Assembly (NCBI GenBank): GCA_964524225.1
Contig: CAZGEW010000002.1
Coordinates: forward strand, 1 to 45,433
DNA: 45,433 bases
Source: an uncultured Methanosarcinales archaeon
GTDB lineage: Archaea > Nanobdellota > Nanobdellia > Woesearchaeales > GW2011-AR4
Reading direction: 5' to 3'
Each line of letters begins with the position of its first letter. The first letter of the stretch is position 1. The notes under the pieces are model-generated. The model ran no database searches, was not told the origin of the DNA, and was given only the letters and a program-made list of their open reading frames with translations. Made by a program: the position numbers and the translations under genes. Positions 1 to 9,779 of the stretch are shown here, piece by piece.

Positions 1-319
1 GTGGAAAGTGAAAAACAGATTTCATTTCATCTGCTGTTTGCCCTTTTGCACCTTCATATGTCATAGCTAAAGCAGCAGAGATGCTATAAGGAGAATAAAA
101 AATGTTTCCATTTTCAGATTTATCTAACTCAGAATATAAATCAAAAGCAAATTTATTATTTGCGTTTACTACTTCTTGAATTCCTTGTGATGTTGCACCT
201 ATGTCATCTGCTTTTGGAGGCTGGTCTGGTTGATATGGAAAAAGAAACAATACTGCCGTCGCAGTTACTACTGCAACCATAAGGAGTGCAATTCCAACTG
301 TTAAAAATTTTTTGTTCAT
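1..319 (-). CDS. serpin-family protease inhibitor, N-terminal part (gene runs off the window start)
   Basis: Partial, so absent from the ORF track. Hand translation of the minus strand from the ATG near 319 gives MNKKFLTVGIALLMVAVVTATAVLFLFPYQPDQPP...NGNIFYSPYSISAALAMTYEGAKGQTADEMKSVFHFP. That is a signal/anchor helix followed by the serpin N-terminal signature (NxxFSPxSIxxALxMxxxGAxGxTxxEM). Confidence 0.6.
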   Translation of the reverse strand, partial: MNKKFLTVGIALLMVAVVTATAVLFLFPYQPDQPPKADDIGATSQGIQEVVNANNKFAFDLYSELDKSENGNIFYSPYSISAALAMTYEGAKGQTADEMKSVFHFP

Positions 320-507
320 ATGTTTACATAGTTAAGATAGCAAGTATATAAATGTTGTTTTGACTTCAATTTGATTTGAAGTGAGTCAGCCAAAATACTA
401 TGATTTCTTGCGAAGCAAGGCAATATGTCCGCAAGACGACGCCCCCTTCCAGTTTCTGTAATTTAGCGAGAACTCAATTGTATTCAACAAGTATAAATTT
501 TTATCGT

Positions 508-993
508 TTATCTCTTCCTCTCTTCCTTCTTCGCAGCCTCTTTATTATGTCCTTCCTCGCTATGCTCCAACTTTCCGCTCAAATCTTTCATCTTTTCTAA
601 AAACTCTTTTGCAATTGCCAAGTTATGCTCAGCTGTATTTTTTGAGTAAGTATAGTGATAATCAGCATCTTCTCTTGAAGATATCGCTGCATTAAAATCA
701 TTTATGTATTTTGACTCCAGCTTTCCATTCTTGTTCAGTTCCTCTAAGACAATACTAATTGCAAAATGCCTTTTTTCCCTATAACCGATTTTGAACAAGA
801 TTGCTCTTGCAGCATGGAACATTGAGTAATAGCCCTTAATAATACACCACTTAAAATCTTCTTCGTTAAATGCATTTTCAGCCATTTCTAAGTCATACTT
901 TGACTCATCAAATTCTTTTTTTATTAATCTCTCATCGGGCTTGATTTTTTTAAGAAAGCCCTCTTCCAAGCATTTTTTTATGTCCATCAGCAT
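508..993 (-). CDS. HEPN-domain protein (toxin partner of an MNT-HEPN pair)
   Basis: 161 aa helical protein with an R-x5-H motif (SSREDADYH). It overlaps the upstream nucleotidyltransferase gene by 7 nt. Confidence 0.7.
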   Translation of the reverse strand: MLMDIKKCLEEGFLKKIKPDERLIKKEFDESKYDLEMAENAFNEEDFKWCIIKGYYSMFHAARAILFKIGYREKRHFAISIVLEELNKNGKLESKYINDFNAAISSREDADYHYTYSKNTAEHNLAIAKEFLEKMKDLSGKLEHSEEGHNKEAAKKEERKR

Positions 994-1535
994 AACCTTA
1001 TCTTGTCTTTCTCAACTCTTTCATAAAAAGCAATATCCCTTCTTGACATTTTTGACCATTCTAAAGGGCTAAGTATATTAAATTTAATCTCTCTCTCGAT
1101 TTTCTTTGAGATGCTCACAATATCAGAAAAAATCTGTTCTTTACTTATTTTTCCTATTATCAATAAATCAATGTCACTGCTTTCTCTATCTTCACCTCTT
1201 GCTGTGCTTCCATATAAATAAATTTCAATTTCGTGTTTATCGCATAATGTTTTTATATCGCTTAATATTAGTAGATTATCTAAAATCTTTAGTTGTTTGA
1301 CCACTACATTTTCTCTGTTTAATTCATAAATTTTGTTTAACCCAACTATCTCAACTTTAATAAACTCCGCCTTCAAAAGTAATTTAAGATGTTTTGTTAA
1401 TGAGGCTTTGGCTATTTTCAGCGTTTTTCTTAGGTTTGTATACGAAACTTTTTTGGTAGGATTTCTAAGAAAAAAGGATAAAATTTTAAGTGCTGTCCTG
1501 TTGCCTAGTTCAAGTAATTGAACCATATGTATCAA
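987..1535 (-). CDS. minimal nucleotidyltransferase (MNT) with N-terminal wHTH-like region
   Basis: Motif YLYGSTARGEDRESSDIDLLIIG (GSxxRG...DxD). Lies directly upstream of the HEPN gene. Confidence 0.75.
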   Translation of the reverse strand: MIHMVQLLELGNRTALKILSFFLRNPTKKVSYTNLRKTLKIAKASLTKHLKLLLKAEFIKVEIVGLNKIYELNRENVVVKQLKILDNLLILSDIKTLCDKHEIEIYLYGSTARGEDRESSDIDLLIIGKISKEQIFSDIVSISKKIEREIKFNILSPLEWSKMSRRDIAFYERVEKDKIRLC

Positions 1536-1590
1536 TTTTATAGAATAAAGTTCAAATATTTAAACCTTTTGGTTTAATTTCTTGAACCTG

Positions 1591-2382
1591 TTACTTTTTC
1601 TTCTCTTTAGCTTCTTTCTTTTCCTCTGCTGCCGGAGCTGCTCCTGGTGCTGGTTTTGCTTCACCTGCAGCTGCTGCACCTTCAACAGGCAATAATACCT
1701 TAATCATTTCATCTGGGACGCCAGCTTGGACTAACTTAGCCTTTATTTCTCCTCTTGGTTTACCAGTCATAGAAGCAATAATCTCATTAGCAATCTTTTC
1801 AAATTCTACTTTTTTCTTTGCAAGCTCTTCTGCAAGTCTCTTTTTCTCTTCTTCAAGCTTGGCAAGCTCTTCTGCTGTAAGCTCTGTCTTCTCCAATCTT
1901 ATTTCCTCATCATAAATCCCAGCTTCGACATCTTTTAATGTCTCTTTCGCTGGTTTACCTTCAACCAGAATTCCCATTGATTGGCATGTCCCTATTATTT
2001 CTTTTACTTTTTCCTTGAGTGATTTGCCTAAAGTCGCACTTTCCTTCATCTTTGCAACCTTAATAATTTGCTCGATTAGAATGTCAGCAACCATCTCGTG
2101 CTTTGCTTTTCCAGAACCTTTTTCAAGATTGGCTTCTTTTTTTATTAAACCAGAAGCAGGTGGAGTTCCAACAGAAATTTCAAATGCTTTTGTATCTGTA
2201 TCTACTATTACTTTAACAGGTACCTGCATGCCTGCAAATGAGGAAGTTTTTTTGTTGATGTCGGAAACTACTTGACCTATATTAACTCCTAGTGGCCCTA
2301 GGCTGCTTCCCACTGGCGGGGCTGCAGTGGCTTTACCGCCTTCTACTAGAACTGCAACAGTAGTTTTTGACAATTTAATCAC
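1591..2382 (-). CDS. rpl11: ribosomal protein L11 (uL11) with ~100-aa C-terminal stalk-like extension
   Basis: GTG start. The N-terminal 160 aa match L11 (VLVEGGKATAAPPVGSSLGPLGVNIGQVVSDINKKT...). Residues 161-263 are a coiled-coil EK-rich segment, a small helical segment, an Ala/Pro/Gly hinge (AAAAGEAKPAPGAAPAA) and an EEKKEAKEKKK tail. Follows spt5 as in the archaeal cluster. Confidence 0.85.
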   Translation of the reverse strand: MIKLSKTTVAVLVEGGKATAAPPVGSSLGPLGVNIGQVVSDINKKTSSFAGMQVPVKVIVDTDTKAFEISVGTPPASGLIKKEANLEKGSGKAKHEMVADILIEQIIKVAKMKESATLGKSLKEKVKEIIGTCQSMGILVEGKPAKETLKDVEAGIYDEEIRLEKTELTAEELAKLEEEKKRLAEELAKKKVEFEKIANEIIASMTGKPRGEIKAKLVQAGVPDEMIKVLLPVEGAAAAGEAKPAPGAAPAAEEKKEAKEKKK

Positions 2383-2409
2383 AATTTTTTTCTTATTGTT
2401 TTACTTCTG

Positions 2410-2440
2410 AAAAATTTTTGATTAAAAATCAAAAATTTTT
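2410..2440. repeat. perfect 14-bp hairpin flanked by A/T tracts (H1)
   Basis: aaaaatttttgatt-aaa-aatcaaaaattttt, between the spt5 stop and the rpl11 start. Confidence 0.8.
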
Positions 2441-2445
2441 GTTAT

Positions 2446-2943
2446 TTACAATGTTTCCTCTTCACCTTCCTTTACCGGAGCTGTTTCTGTTTCTCGCCTA
2501 ATAACCTTTACAGCGTCCATTTTTACTGTTATTGGGATAGGAACAGCTGCTTCAAGCAACTCAACAACAACCTCTTCTTTTGTTTTATCAATTCGTGTTA
2601 CCTTTGCATTCTCTCTTTTGAATGGACCCGAGATGATTTCAACAATATCATTTTTTTGAATATTTACCTCGTGCTTAACTTGCTCAAGCATATGCTCTAT
2701 TTCAGAGTATTTAACAGGCTGTGACAAAATACCCCTAGCGTAAGGTATATTGAAAGCAGCTTGCTCAGCATCTGTCTTTGTGGCTGCTTCTATAAATATA
2801 TAGCTCCTCATACCATGTGGTCTGATGACAGAGTATATCTCAAGCTTTTTCTTTATAGCGTTGCTTGTAACAAAGTCCATAACTTGGTCTTCTCTATTTG
2901 CTGTAGTTCTCAAAACAAATATTGTCTCATCTTCTCTTGACAT
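2446..2943 (-). CDS. spt5: transcription elongation factor Spt5 (archaeal NusG)
   Basis: NGN domain followed by a KOW motif (GPFKRENAKVTRIDKTKEEVVVEL). Position is between secE and rpl11. Start trimmed to the second Met (MSREDETIF) because the first 6 codons overlap hairpin H2. Confidence 0.85.
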   Translation of the reverse strand: MSREDETIFVLRTTANREDQVMDFVTSNAIKKKLEIYSVIRPHGMRSYIFIEAATKTDAEQAAFNIPYARGILSQPVKYSEIEHMLEQVKHEVNIQKNDIVEIISGPFKRENAKVTRIDKTKEEVVVELLEAAVPIPITVKMDAVKVIRRETETAPVKEGEEETL

Positions 2944-2951
2944 TTTGAATG

Positions 2952-2983
2952 AAAAAATCAAAAGGCTTGCCTTTTGATTTTTT
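2952..2983. repeat. perfect 14-15-bp hairpin flanked by A/T tracts (H2)
   Basis: aaaaaatcaaaagg-cttg-ccttttgatttttt, between the secE stop and the spt5 start. Confidence 0.8.
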
Positions 2984-3018
2984 ATATTTGTATTTTTTAT
3001 CTATTATATAAATATTAA

Positions 3019-3231
3019 CTAAAAAAACAAAAGCTTAATCATCTGTACAACAAATCCAATCAGCCCAATAATCAAAATGCCTAAACCACTTACCTTGACT
3101 ATTGTCTTGAATTCAACTGAATCTGGTTTTTTTGTAATTTTCAAAACTCTAATTGATTCCTGAATAAAAGATTTTATTTTGTACTTCCATGAATTTACAT
3201 CTTGAGAATCCATATTCGTCAAAGTAACCAC
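3019..3231 (-). CDS. secE: preprotein translocase SecE / Sec61-gamma
   Basis: 70 aa with the conserved KKPDSVEF motif and then a single C-terminal TM helix (VSGLGILIIGLIGFVVQMI). Position is between ftsZ and spt5. Confidence 0.7.
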   Translation of the reverse strand: MVTLTNMDSQDVNSWKYKIKSFIQESIRVLKITKKPDSVEFKTIVKVSGLGILIIGLIGFVVQMIKLLFF

Positions 3232-3248
3232 TCTTTCATTTGTGACAT

Positions 3249-4391
3249 TTAGTCTAAAAATTCAATTCCAAGATGTTGCTCAATCTCTTTTCTCTTTTTT
3301 TCAGCAGTCTTTCTGCTTGAGCCAAAAATCTGTGAAGATTTCACTCCAGTAACAATAAGCATTGTTCTAATAGTTTTCTCCATATCTTTGTAGATTTGAG
3401 CGCCCCAGATGACTCTTGCGTCTTCATCAAGCTTTTCTGTTATTGTTTCAACTACCTTTCTAGCTTCATCAAGCGTCATGTCTTCGCCGCCAATAACGTT
3501 AATTAAAGCTCCATTTGCGCCAGAAATGTCTACATCAAGTAATGGGTTATTGATTGCTTTCTCAACTGCTTCAACTGCTCTATTCTCAGTGTCACTTTCA
3601 CCTACACCAATTAGGGCTACGCCACCACCTTTCATTACTGCTCTTATGTCTGCAAAATCTAGGTTAACTAAGCCAGCTTTAGTAACAAGCTCTGCAATAC
3701 CTTTAACTGCATTTGTTAATATTTCATCAGCAACCTTAAAAGCAGTGTGTAATGGCAGATCTGGTGCTAGCTCAAGCAACTTATCGTTTGGTATAACAAT
3801 TAAAGTATCGGCAATCTGCTCTAACTTTTCTAATCCCACAACTGCATTTTCGTATCTTCGATTACCTTCCATGGAAAATGGCATTGTAACAACACCAACT
3901 GTCAGCGCTCCCAATTTCTTCGATATTTCCGCAACTACAGGGGCAGAGCCTGTTCCTGTTCCACCACCTAAGCCGCATGTGATAAATACCATATCTGCAT
4001 TTTGCAAAGCTTTTTTGACATCGGATTCATTCTCGCGAGCAGCTTCTTCGCCTAGTCTAGGCTCAGAGCCTGCACCTAAGCCTTTTGTTAGCTCTCTCCC
4101 TATCAATATTTTTTTATTTGCAGTCGTATAGAGCAAATCCTGTGCATCTGTGTTAACAGCTATTGTCTCAGCACCAATAATGCCTACTTCTGACATCCTG
4201 TTTATTGTATTATTGCCACCGCCACCACATCCAACTACTTTTATTGTGGCTCTTTGTTTTGATAGTAATTGCTCAAGCTCCGCATCTATATCTGCAACTT
4301 CTTTTTCAACTACTTGCTTTATATCCCGAGAAAGAAGTTTGGGATTATCATTTAATTCTGATTCAATTGCTTCTTGAATAATTGATGTCAC
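3249..4391 (-). CDS. ftsZ: cell division protein FtsZ
   Basis: GTG start. Tubulin/FtsZ signatures [15 protein letters not shown] and [16 protein letters not shown]. Confidence 0.95.
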   Translation of the reverse strand: MTSIIQEAIESELNDNPKLLSRDIKQVVEKEVADIDAELEQLLSKQRATIKVVGCGGGGNNTINRMSEVGIIGAETIAVNTDAQDLLYTTANKKILIGRELTKGLGAGSEPRLGEEAARENESDVKKALQNADMVFITCGLGGGTGTGSAPVVAEISKKLGALTVGVVTMPFSMEGNRRYENAVVGLEKLEQIADTLIVIPNDKLLELAPDLPLHTAFKVADEILTNAVKGIAELVTKAGLVNLDFADIRAVMKGGGVALIGVGESDTENRAVEAVEKAINNPLLDVDISGANGALINVIGGEDMTLDEARKVVETITEKLDEDARVIWGAQIYKDMEKTIRTMLIVTGVKSSQIFGSSRKTAEKKRKEIEQHLGIEFLD

Positions 4392-4418
4392 AAACTCACC
4401 CTTACTAATAGGTTTTAA

Positions 4419-5102
4419 CTACCTATTTAAATTTATTTCTTTTTTCCCTTCGCCAATGGTAAAATTTAAGCTTTTTATAGATGGAATTAACTTCGTAATA
4501 GTGCTGTTTAGGATTTCTCTGGTTTCATTGCTGATTTTGTCTTTTAGACTTATGGTTGCTATACCATCTTTTAACTCAATTTGGTAATCTTTAAACTTGG
4601 TATGTTTATCAACTAAAGACCTCAACTTTTCCTTATCATCAACAACTAACCTTCTTAGCTTGACATCATAAATCAAATCCTTTCCAGCCAATGGATGGTT
4701 GAAGTCAACAAGGCATCTGCCACCGCTTACCGTTTTTACTATACTGAAAACACCATCAACATTTAACTGCAGACCTGGAAACGGAGTTATATTTTGTTCT
4801 CTGAACCTGCCTAGGGGAATTAGCTGTATTAGTTTTGGATCTTTGCTGCCAAAAGCATTGTCAGAGCTTATTTCAAAAGTATATTCCTTCCCAACTTCTT
4901 TATCAACAAGCTGTTCTTCGATACCTTTTATAATATGGTTTTGACCAACACAGATGACTATTGGTAAGTATTCGGCATTTTTATCGTATAATCCATTTTC
5001 CTTAGCGACTTTTTCTTCTGTTGTATCAAATATTGTATTATCTTCTTTAATCCTAGCTGTATAATCAATTTCGACGAAATCGTACTTTTTTACATTTACC
5101 AT
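4419..5102 (-). CDS. FKBP-type peptidyl-prolyl cis-trans isomerase (long archaeal type)
   Basis: 227 aa. FKBP core (VEIDYTARIKEDNTIFDTTEE...GQNHIIKGIEEQLVDKEVGKEYTFEI) with an IF-like insert and a C-terminal domain. Confidence 0.75.
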   Translation of the reverse strand: MVNVKKYDFVEIDYTARIKEDNTIFDTTEEKVAKENGLYDKNAEYLPIVICVGQNHIIKGIEEQLVDKEVGKEYTFEISSDNAFGSKDPKLIQLIPLGRFREQNITPFPGLQLNVDGVFSIVKTVSGGRCLVDFNHPLAGKDLIYDVKLRRLVVDDKEKLRSLVDKHTKFKDYQIELKDGIATISLKDKISNETREILNSTITKLIPSIKSLNFTIGEGKKEINLNR

Positions 5103-5114
5103 CTTTGAAGTTTT

Positions 5115-5654
5115 TTAGTGTTTTGTTTTGATAAAATCTATAATTTTTTCTACAACCTGTTTTGGAGTCATGTTTGAAGTATCAATGACATAGTCATACA
5201 ACTTTTTATTTAAATAATTAATTCCATAATACTTTTGGTATCTTTTTTTTTCACTTTCTTCTCTTTTTTTAATATTTTTTATTGTTTCTTTTAAGCTACT
5301 ACTTTTTTCTTGCTGTCTCCTGTCATTTAATATTCTTTCTGCCCTAACATTATCGTCTGCTTTGAGAAAGATTTTGACGTCAGCATGGGGTATGAAGAAG
5401 GCAGTGAGCCTTCCATCAACTACAAAATCATCTTTTGTTTTTCCTAATGCCTTCAATTTCTCATCAAGCTGTAAATCAATTGACTTATCACTTTCAGCTA
5501 ATCTATTAAATTTCATCAAACTTACCCCTCTTTTGGCTGCCATCGCTCTCATCAAATCTCCTATTGAATAATGTTTTAGATTAAGCTTCTTAGATAAGAG
5601 CCTTGCAACTGTACTTTTTCCAGAGCCTGCTTTTCCAGAAATTGTTATCTCCAT
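5115..5654 (-). CDS. cmk: archaeal-type cytidylate (CMP) kinase
   Basis: 179 aa. P-loop ITISGKAGSGKSTVARLL, and the overall pattern matches archaeal Cmk. Confidence 0.75.
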   Translation of the reverse strand: MEITISGKAGSGKSTVARLLSKKLNLKHYSIGDLMRAMAAKRGVSLMKFNRLAESDKSIDLQLDEKLKALGKTKDDFVVDGRLTAFFIPHADVKIFLKADDNVRAERILNDRRQQEKSSSLKETIKNIKKREESEKKRYQKYYGINYLNKKLYDYVIDTSNMTPKQVVEKIIDFIKTKH

Positions 5655-5745
5655 AATCTACTAATTTAGCCTTTAGTATTTATATTTTATTCATGCAAAA
5701 AAATAACCAAATCTTTTTATATTATTCTTAATTACTCACTTTAAA

Positions 5746-6711
5746 ATGGCAATAGACGGCTCTAATATGCTAAAAGTTATCGAAGATTTTCCTCAGCAAT
5801 GCAAAACAGCTTTGGAGCTGCCTAAAGGGATGTCTGTTTCTGGTAAATTCAGCAATATTGTTGTTTGTGGAATGGGCGGCTCTGGTATTGGCGGCGATAT
5901 ATTAAAAATCTACATGCGTAATTCAAAGATTCCTCTTTTTGTTGTTCGAGATTATAAAGTGCCAAACTTTGTTGATGAAAACAGCCTTGTTTTTGCTGTC
6001 TCATATTCAGGTAATACAGAAGAGACATTATCGGCATTTAAAGATGCTTTGAATAAAAAGGCGAAAATAATTGCTATCACAAGTGGTGGTAAACTAAGCG
6101 AGGTTGCAAAAAAAGTAATTAAAGTTCCAGCTGGATTGCAACCAAGGGCAGCATTAGCTTATCTATTTTTTCCGGTATTAGGAGTCTTAAACAACTCAAA
6201 CATAATTGATGTAAATAATAATGAAATAGCAGAGATGCTTAATGTATTAGATAATACTAATGAATTCAAAGCAGTAGGCAAGGCTATTGCAGGAAAGAGC
6301 CAAAACAAAACACCACTTATCTATGCTTCTGAGCTACTTGGAGCAGTTGCCTATAGATGGAAAACTCAATTTAATGAAAACAGTAAAATAGCAGCTTTTT
6401 ACCATGTCTTCTCCGAGATGAACCATAATGAGATTGCTGGCTATCAAACTATGACAAAAGATAAATTTATTGCTATTTTCATTCGTGACAAATTTGATAA
6501 TGACAGGATAAAGAAGAGAATGGATGTAACAAAGGAGATAATTTCAACAAGAGTTGATGTTGAATGCATTGAAACAAAAGGTGAGCATTTGCTTTCAAGG
6601 ATTTTTTCAGGAATCTATTATGGAGATTTTGCCTCTTATTATCTTGCTTTGGCAAATAAAATTGACCCAACCCCTGTTAATGTTATTGAAAATTTAAAGA
6701 AGAAGTTATAA
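5746..6711 (+). CDS. bifunctional phosphoglucose/phosphomannose isomerase (SIS domain)
   Basis: 321 aa. Motifs VVCGMGGSGIGGDIL and VSYSGNTEET are typical of archaeal PGI/PMI. Confidence 0.7.
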   Translation: MAIDGSNMLKVIEDFPQQCKTALELPKGMSVSGKFSNIVVCGMGGSGIGGDILKIYMRNSKIPLFVVRDYKVPNFVDENSLVFAVSYSGNTEETLSAFKDALNKKAKIIAITSGGKLSEVAKKVIKVPAGLQPRAALAYLFFPVLGVLNNSNIIDVNNNEIAEMLNVLDNTNEFKAVGKAIAGKSQNKTPLIYASELLGAVAYRWKTQFNENSKIAAFYHVFSEMNHNEIAGYQTMTKDKFIAIFIRDKFDNDRIKKRMDVTKEIISTRVDVECIETKGEHLLSRIFSGIYYGDFASYYLALANKIDPTPVNVIENLKKKL

Positions 6712-6729
6712 TCAAAAAAATTACTTATA

Positions 6730-8796
6730 TTGATGCTACTCAAATCTATAAAACTCCACAACATTAGAAGTTATGAAGACTTAGAAATAAATTTCCCTCT
6801 TGACTCTGTTCTTCTTGCTGGCGATATTGGAAGTGGAAAATCAACTATATTGCTTGCAATTGAATTTGCTATTTTTGGTGCAAAGAAAGGAGAATTGCCA
6901 GCTTACACATTGCTTAGACATAACAAGAAAGAAGGCAGCAGTGAATTAAGAATGCAAATTGATAATAAGGATGTGATAATAAAAAGAACACTAAAAAGAG
7001 GCAGTAATGAAATTAGGCAAGAGGCAGGTTATATTATAATCAATGGTATGAAAAGGGAAGGAACAGCAGAGGAATTAAGGGCAATTATGCTAGAACTGTT
7101 AGGCTATCCAAAAGATTTGATTAAAAAGGGAAAGGACATGATATATAGGTACACAGTCTATACACCTCAAGAGGAAATGAAAAAAATATTATATGATGAC
7201 AAAGAGACAAGGCTAGATACACTAAGAAAAGTTTTTGGTATTGACAAATATAAAAGGATAAGGGAAAATTCCAAAATTATTGTATTGACTCTTAAAGAAA
7301 AGAAAAAGCATCTAGAAGGCTTTACCCAAAACTTAGGGTATAAGAAAATTGAGTTAGAAGAAAGAAAAAAGGAAATAGTTGATATTGAAAAGAAAATAAG
7401 TGAAATACTTCCAAAAATTGAAGAGTTGAAAAGGTTCATAAATCAGAAAAAAGACGTATTGGATAGTATTGAGAAAGAAATTAAGGAATTGAATGAGCTA
7501 AAAAGGGAATTAAGTATTATTGAAGCAAATCTTGTCAATAAAATAGAGCAAAACAACAGACTGAGTGAGGAGCTAAAAAGGTTTGAAATTCAAATTCAAG
7601 AACTTAACAAGGAGTTGGAAGGCAAAAAAATAGAAGAACTTGAGAATATAGAAAAGAGAACAGAGTATAAGGAGAAAGAATTAGAAGAGGTAGAAATCAA
7701 TTACAAAAATATCATAAAGAAAGAAAAAGAATTAGAAGTCAAAATAGATAACTATACTGATACAATAAAAAAGATACAATTGCTTGATGTATGTCCACTA
7801 TGCGGGCAGAAAGTTGACGAAGCTCATAAGAATAATGTCCATTTAAGTGAAAAGAAAAAATCTGAAATACTAGTAGAAGAACTCAAAAAATGTAATGAAG
7901 AAAAATCAAAACTAGAAAAAATTAGGTTGATACTAAAAAGAGAGCTCGATGCTTTAGTAAAAGAACAAAATTATCTAAGTATTCTGAAATTTAAATTTGA
8001 GAGCTTAAATGAGAAGTCCTATTTAAAGAATGAAAAATCAGATTTAAAGGATAATATAAAGAAGCAGATAGCCCAATTAAACACAAAAAAAACAGAGCTC
8101 AATTTTAAAATAAAAAGATATTCTGAAATAGAAGAAAAATATAAAGTGGTAAAAAAAGAAATTGAAGAACTTATACCGCAAGAAAGATTTTTGGATTTGG
8201 AAAAGAATGGCTATGAAAGGGAAAAGGATTCAATTAAAAGATTTATATTGAGCATAGAAAAGGAAATAGAAGAAAAACAGAAAGCCAAGGAAATGCTTTC
8301 TTACATTGTGCAGTTGATTAATTGGATTGATAGTTTCTTTGTTGATTTAGTATCAACAATTGAAAAACATGTTATGATAAATATACACTTACAATTCAAT
8401 GAATTTTTCAGGAATTGGTTTAATATATTGCTTGAAGACGAAACTATTAATATAAGAGTTGATGAAGAATTTACACCAATAATAGAGCAAGATGGCTATG
8501 AAACATTTATTGATAACTTAAGCGGAGGAGAAAAAACCTCTGTAGCTTTATCCTATAGATTAACCTTAAATAAGGTTGTAAATGATATTGTTGCTGAAAT
8601 CAAAACTAAGGACATAATAATGCTTGACGAGCCAACTGATGGTTTTAGCTCAGAGCAATTAGACAAGATTAGAGATGTTCTTGAGCAATTAAATATGAAG
8701 CAAGTCATTATTGTATCACATGAAAGCAAGATAGAAGGCTTTGTACAAAATATAATAAGGATAGAAAAGCAAGGCAATGTAAGCATAGTAGTTTAA
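6730..8796 (+). CDS. rad50: Rad50-like SMC-family ATPase
   Basis: Walker A (LLAGDIGSGKSTILLAIEFAIFG), long coiled coil, central CPLCGQ zinc hook, ABC signature LSGGEKTSVALSYRL, and Walker B IIMLDEPTDGF. Confidence 0.75.
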   Translation: MMLLKSIKLHNIRSYEDLEINFPLDSVLLAGDIGSGKSTILLAIEFAIFGAKKGELPAYTLLRHNKKEGSSELRMQIDNKDVIIKRTLKRGSNEIRQEAGYIIINGMKREGTAEELRAIMLELLGYPKDLIKKGKDMIYRYTVYTPQEEMKKILYDDKETRLDTLRKVFGIDKYKRIRENSKIIVLTLKEKKKHLEGFTQNLGYKKIELEERKKEIVDIEKKISEILPKIEELKRFINQKKDVLDSIEKEIKELNELKRELSIIEANLVNKIEQNNRLSEELKRFEIQIQELNKELEGKKIEELENIEKRTEYKEKELEEVEINYKNIIKKEKELEVKIDNYTDTIKKIQLLDVCPLCGQKVDEAHKNNVHLSEKKKSEILVEELKKCNEEKSKLEKIRLILKRELDALVKEQNYLSILKFKFESLNEKSYLKNEKSDLKDNIKKQIAQLNTKKTELNFKIKRYSEIEEKYKVVKKEIEELIPQERFLDLEKNGYEREKDSIKRFILSIEKEIEEKQKAKEMLSYIVQLINWIDSFFVDLVSTIEKHVMINIHLQFNEFFRNWFNILLEDETINIRVDEEFTPIIEQDGYETFIDNLSGGEKTSVALSYRLTLNKVVNDIVAEIKTKDIIMLDEPTDGFSSEQLDKIRDVLEQLNMKQVIIVSHESKIEGFVQNIIRIEKQGNVSIVV

Positions 8797-8808
8797 GTTC
8801 TTAAGAAA

Positions 8809-9705
8809 CTACAACAACAATGTTAATGGATTTCCAAATATTAAAGTGACAAGAAAAGCAATCAAAAAGCTCGGAACAAATGGTATACCCTCTTTTACTA
8901 AAATCCTCTTAACCTTTCCTTGCTTGCGAAGTTTAATCAATTTTTTAATTTGGTTTTTACTTATACCTAAATCTTTTGGTCCGCATACATATTGCTTATC
9001 GACATAAACATCATTAACTATCCAGTCGCCTTCAGTTAGCTTCATTGGCTCAACGAATTTATACATTGACGATTTTTCTATAGCCTTGATAAAAACCCAT
9101 AAGTAAAAAGTAGTTAGTATTACAAGCGCTAAAGATAAGAAGAATATTGTTGCGTATCTGTTTTTAACAATAATCACTAAAAAAAATATTAAGGGTAAAG
9201 AGAATACGATTATTTTCTTTGCTCTTATGATGCTCCCCTTTTTTAATATTTTTTTTAGTTCGTGATTAAACTTTTTTCTATATTTAATGGCAGAATAAGC
9301 ACTCCAAAACAATCCGTATAGGGCTCCAATAAACAATACATTTACAAAAAAAGCAAATAAAAATTGTGAAGACTTAAAGCTTGCTTCGATACCAATCATT
9401 GCACCTAAGCCCATAAGCATTTTGCTATCACCGCCACCCCATTGGCCGGTATAAAACATAATATAAGCAAATACAAAAAATACAGCAAAGCCAAGCAAAC
9501 TATTTATTATAAAAGAATAATCAGAATATGTAATACCAAACAATAAGTTTAATCCTATACCAGACATTATAAAGCCATAATTAATCCAATCTGGTACTTC
9601 TCTTGTCCTAAAATCAGTGTATGAGCCAATTAAAAGAACTACAAATGATAGAGAATATTTTATTGCTGATGGTATAAAGTAAGCCTCAAGCCAATTGTTA
9701 ATCAT
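8809..9705 (-). CDS. A24-family prepilin/preflagellin peptidase (PibD/FlaK-like) with C-terminal extension
   Basis: Polytopic membrane protein with two catalytic-Asp contexts, TDFRTREVPDW and GGGDSKMLMGLG. Confidence 0.7.
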   Translation of the reverse strand: MINNWLEAYFIPSAIKYSLSFVVLLIGSYTDFRTREVPDWINYGFIMSGIGLNLLFGITYSDYSFIINSLLGFAVFFVFAYIMFYTGQWGGGDSKMLMGLGAMIGIEASFKSSQFLFAFFVNVLFIGALYGLFWSAYSAIKYRKKFNHELKKILKKGSIIRAKKIIVFSLPLIFFLVIIVKNRYATIFFLSLALVILTTFYLWVFIKAIEKSSMYKFVEPMKLTEGDWIVNDVYVDKQYVCGPKDLGISKNQIKKLIKLRKQGKVKRILVKEGIPFVPSFLIAFLVTLIFGNPLTLLL

Positions 9706-9779
9706 TTTATATTAAAAGAATGAGATATTTATAAATTATTTTATTTTTGGCAATTTGTATATATTTAATATTGAATATA

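Noticed and set aside
400-600. 66-aa plus-strand ORF at the 3' side of the HEPN gene.
   Set aside because: It overlaps the HEPN C-terminus in antisense, has no motifs, and its composition is not protein-like.
3409-4131. 240-aa plus-strand ORF antisense to ftsZ. Similar antisense ORFs occur at 2015-2275, 4150-4377, 4699-4944, 5362-5571, 23522-23974, 29073-29597, 35441-35734 and 43647-44770.
   Set aside because: All lie entirely inside well-supported genes on the other strand. Their translations are low-complexity (S/T/A/F/I-rich) with no recognisable motifs, which is typical of shadow ORFs.
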